In this document: one piece after another, positions 61,208-64,000 of the stretch | Position numbering within the stretch: position 1 is the stretch's first letter | How the letters are laid out: each line of letters begins with the position of its first letter | Source of the DNA: Verrucomicrobiota bacterium | Lineage (GTDB): Bacteria; Verrucomicrobiota; Verrucomicrobiia; Opitutales; Cerasicoccaceae | Direction: 5' to 3' | Assembly: GCA_039818205.1 (NCBI GenBank) | Contig: JBCBUK010000003.1 | Coordinates: 160,001 to 224,000 of the forward strand | DNA length: 64,000 bases | Notes under the pieces: generated by a model | The model's database searches: none | What the model was told of the DNA's origin: nothing | Seen by the model: only the letters and a program-made list of their open reading frames with translations | Made by a program: the position numbers and the translations under genes

Positions 61208-62474
61208 CCGATTGCCAAGCACGAAGCTGAGCCGGAAGCTCGAGAAAGGCAGCGGAATTGAACGTCTAATGGATGACCTCGGGCGGGCGCTCGAGGAGGG
61301 GGCGGGCGACCTGCATATGCTTGGTGGCGGCAATCCGGCACCAATCCCCGAGGTGGCGCAGCGTTGGCGTGCATTGATGCAAGGTATGCTAAGTGACCAA
61401 CCCGAGCGCTTTGACCGGATGCTCGGGGTCTACGATCCGCAACAGGGCAACCGGAGATATATTCGCGCCATCGTTCGTTTATTCAATGAAACCTACGGAT
61501 GGGGCCTAACTGAAGACAATGTCGTGATCACCAATGGCGGTCAGACCGCTTACTTTTATCTGTTCAACCTGTTGGCTGGTTTGGACGATGCGGGGCAAAT
61601 GAAGCGGGTGCTTTTTCCCCTGATGCCAGAATACATTGGTTACGCCGAACAAGGCATGCACCCCGAGATGTTTGTTGCTGCGCCCTCCAAGATCGAAGAG
61701 CTGCCCGATGGTCTATTTAAATACCACGTTGATTTCGAACAGCTTCCTTGGGATGAGTCGATCTCGGCTCTTTGTGTGTCCCGCCCAACGAATCCGACCG
61801 GTAATGTATTGACTGATGACGAGATGCGGCACCTGCACCGACTGTGCCGCGAGCGGGACGCCTACCTAATTGTCGACAACGCCTATGGGGCACCGTTTCC
61901 CGACATGATCTTTACAGATATCCAACCGTTTTGGGGCGAAGATGTCGTGTTGACTTATAGCCTTTCCAAATTGGGATTGCCCGGAGTTCGAACCGGAATC
62001 GTGATTGGTCCACCAGAGATCTGCCGAGCCGTATCCTCGATGAATGCAATTGTCGGGCTTGCGAACGGCAACGTTGGCCAGGCGCTTACTCTGCCTTTGT
62101 TTGAGTCGGGTGAGATCATTCGTTTTGCCCAAGAGCATGTTCGGCCCTATTACCAGGACCGGAGCCAGCGGGCGGTTGAAGCAATTCGCGAAGCGTTTGC
62201 CGATGTGCCCTGCCGAATTCATGTTCCTGAAGGAGCATTGTTTCTGTGGTTGTGGTTCCCGGGCTTGCCCGGGGGAGGCGATTTGCTCTACGAGGAGTTA
62301 AAGGCTGCCGGCGTTTTGGTAGTCCCTGGCCACTTTTTCTTTCACAGTCTCCCGGAGCCGTGGCAACATGCTGAGGAGTGCATTCGCATCAATTACGCAA
62401 TGGATATCGAGGCTTTTCCTGAGGCGGCGAAAACGATGGCTGACGTTGTTCGCAAACGGTTTAATGGAAGCTAA
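61197..62474 (+). CDS. avtA: Valine--pyruvate transaminase
   Basis: SGIERLMDDLG, MLGGGNP, PEYIGY, SRPTNPTGN, DNAYG, SLSKLGLPGVRTG. Start ATG 61197. Confidence 0.88.
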   Translation: MASSRLPSTKLSRKLEKGSGIERLMDDLGRALEEGAGDLHMLGGGNPAPIPEVAQRWRALMQGMLSDQPERFDRMLGVYDPQQGNRRYIRAIVRLFNETYGWGLTEDNVVITNGGQTAYFYLFNLLAGLDDAGQMKRVLFPLMPEYIGYAEQGMHPEMFVAAPSKIEELPDGLFKYHVDFEQLPWDESISALCVSRPTNPTGNVLTDDEMRHLHRLCRERDAYLIVDNAYGAPFPDMIFTDIQPFWGEDVVLTYSLSKLGLPGVRTGIVIGPPEICRAVSSMNAIVGLANGNVGQALTLPLFESGEIIRFAQEHVRPYYQDRSQRAVEAIREAFADVPCRIHVPEGALFLWLWFPGLPGGGDLLYEELKAAGVLVVPGHFFFHSLPEPWQHAEECIRINYAMDIEAFPEAAKTMADVVRKRFNGS

Positions 62475-62648
62475 TCTGGAAAATATCGGACTGAGAAGGA
62501 TCGGCCGAAACCCGGATATTGGTCGTCGCAATAGTCGATCGGAAGTTCCGAGCGCCAGGTCTAACGCTGAGACCTTGCGCTACTCCGACGACCGAGGAAA
62601 AGTAACTTTTTCCTTTAACCTTTTGGGCTGAGCCCTAGTTTTCGGAGC

Positions 62649-63719
62649 ATGGATTTACAGCCCGTTCGGGATAAAATTGACGCAATTGACCGCGAGATCA
62701 TCGCCAAGCTGAATGAGCGTTTTCGGTTGGCGGCGGAGGTCGCGCGGGTCAAGCATGAGGCGGGACTCCCGATTTATCACCCGGAGCGGGAGGAGATGTT
62801 GTTACGGAAGCTGGCGGATTTGAATGAAGGTCCTCTTCCAGAAACCGGTATGCGGGCAATCTACCGCGAGATCATCTCGGCCATGATTGGCCTCGAGAAA
62901 CCGGTGGTCATCGCTTACCTGGGACCGGAAGCAACCTACACGGAGCTGGCCGCACGAAAGAGTTTTGGTTCAAGCCTATGCTATGAGCCCATGCCAACGA
63001 TTCCCGATGTATTCACTGCCGTTGAGAAAATGGAGGCTGATTACGGGGTAATTCCAATTGAAAATTCCACGGGCGGGGTTGTGAGTCATTCGATTGATAT
63101 GTTGGCCGAGACAGACCTCACAATCATCAATCAAACCTATCTGACGATTGAGCATTGTCTCATTTCTAAGTCTCCTTTGGAGGCGGTTACCGAGGTTCAT
63201 TCAAAAGATCAGGCATTGGCTCAATGCCGGGAATGGTTGGCTCGCCACTTGCCTCATGCCCGACAAGTCGATGCCGATAGCACCGCTCAAGCGGTGAAGT
63301 TGGCTGGGGAGCGGGAAGGAATTGCGGCAATCGCTGGTGAGTTGGCGGCTAAAAAATATGATGTGCCCGTTGTGACCAAGGGCATTCAAGATCGCTCCAA
63401 TAATGTTACTCGTTTTTTGATTCTCGGGCGTGAAGCGATCGGGACCGGAACCGGGCATGATCGCACCAGTTTGATGCTTTCCCTCAATGATCAATCCGGG
63501 GCGCTGGAAAATGCGCTTAAGCCCTTCAGTTCACGGGGAATCAATCTCACCAAGATCGAGTCCCGTCCAAGCCGAAAACGTGCCTGGGACTACTTGTTCT
63601 ACATCGACATTGACGGGCACTGGCAAGATGAAGCCGTGCAGGCCGCGATATCGGAATTGAAGGAAACGTGCCCGATGGTGAAATGGCTGGGTAGCTACCC
63701 AGTAAAGAAGGAAGCCTAG
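62649..63719 (+). CDS. pheA: Chorismate mutase/prephenate dehydratase (P-protein)
   Basis: RDKIDAID (CM), [27 protein letters not shown] (ACT). Confidence 0.96.
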   Translation: MDLQPVRDKIDAIDREIIAKLNERFRLAAEVARVKHEAGLPIYHPEREEMLLRKLADLNEGPLPETGMRAIYREIISAMIGLEKPVVIAYLGPEATYTELAARKSFGSSLCYEPMPTIPDVFTAVEKMEADYGVIPIENSTGGVVSHSIDMLAETDLTIINQTYLTIEHCLISKSPLEAVTEVHSKDQALAQCREWLARHLPHARQVDADSTAQAVKLAGEREGIAAIAGELAAKKYDVPVVTKGIQDRSNNVTRFLILGREAIGTGTGHDRTSLMLSLNDQSGALENALKPFSSRGINLTKIESRPSRKRAWDYLFYIDIDGHWQDEAVQAAISELKETCPMVKWLGSYPVKKEA

Positions 63720-64000
63720 GCGGTTGCCTGTGCTTCTTTGTCTGCTGCCTCGCGCTTGCTGTTGAGTAACTCCGGCAGGTATTTCTCCCGAGCCAGCCGC
63801 CAGAATACCAAAAAGAATGCGGTCAATGGTATGGCGAGGATCATGCCAAGAATACCGCCGAGGGCCGTTCCCCAAAAGAAAATCGAGAAGATGATCAACA
63901 TCGGGCCCATGCCGGTTTTATCACCCATGATTTTAGGTGTGAGCACATAGTCTTGAATCGCCTGGACTATTCCGAAAACGGCTACGCAACGAGCGACAAG
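63716..64000 (-). CDS. AI-2E family transporter (3' part only)
   Basis: Frame open from the window end: [22 protein letters not shown]...[11 protein letters not shown]. Confidence 0.85.
   Translation of the reverse strand, partial: LVARCVAVFGIVQAIQDYVLTPKIMGDKTGMGPMLIIFSIFFWGTALGGILGMILAIPLTAFFLVFWRLAREKYLPELLNSKREAADKEAQATA

Overview
Gene-dense bacterial chromosome segment of about 55 CDS, mostly housekeeping and cell-envelope genes. Gene content and style suggest the PVC superphylum, most likely Verrucomicrobiota/Opitutia: eukaryote-type UDP-GlcNAc pyrophosphorylase, PPi-PFK, SHD1-like and DUF4114 proteins, few obvious Shine-Dalgarno sites. This is inference, not a database result. In order: partial sulfotransferase; wza/wzc-type polysaccharide export; rmlB / NRS-ER-like / rmlA; pirin; sigma-54-driven amtB-glnK; orphan mlaE; B12 radical SAM plus phytoene/squalene synthase; an LPS operon (LpxL-WaaF fusion, CPBP protease, SGNH-methyltransferase fusion, MsbA-like); an AT-rich patch; clpB with a sigma-54 promoter; acnA-STAS-PP2C; pfp; Na/Pi cotransporter; miaB; purB; a signalling cluster (stand-alone receiver, beta-lactamase-family pseudoenzyme, membrane protein, sigma-54 activator); GAF-PilB; avtA; pheA. 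I saw no rRNA, tRNA, CRISPR array, transposase or prophage. Best leads: (1) the translationally coupled LPS operon with two fusion enzymes; (2) an rmlC-less rhamnose operon using a plant-type bifunctional epimerase/reductase next to a sulfotransferase and a D4-less OPX; (3) the pseudoenzyme/pseudo-receiver sigma-54 locus; (4) a sigma-54, apparently leaderless clpB with helically phased TGTCA boxes. All calls come from reading motifs by eye; no searches were run.
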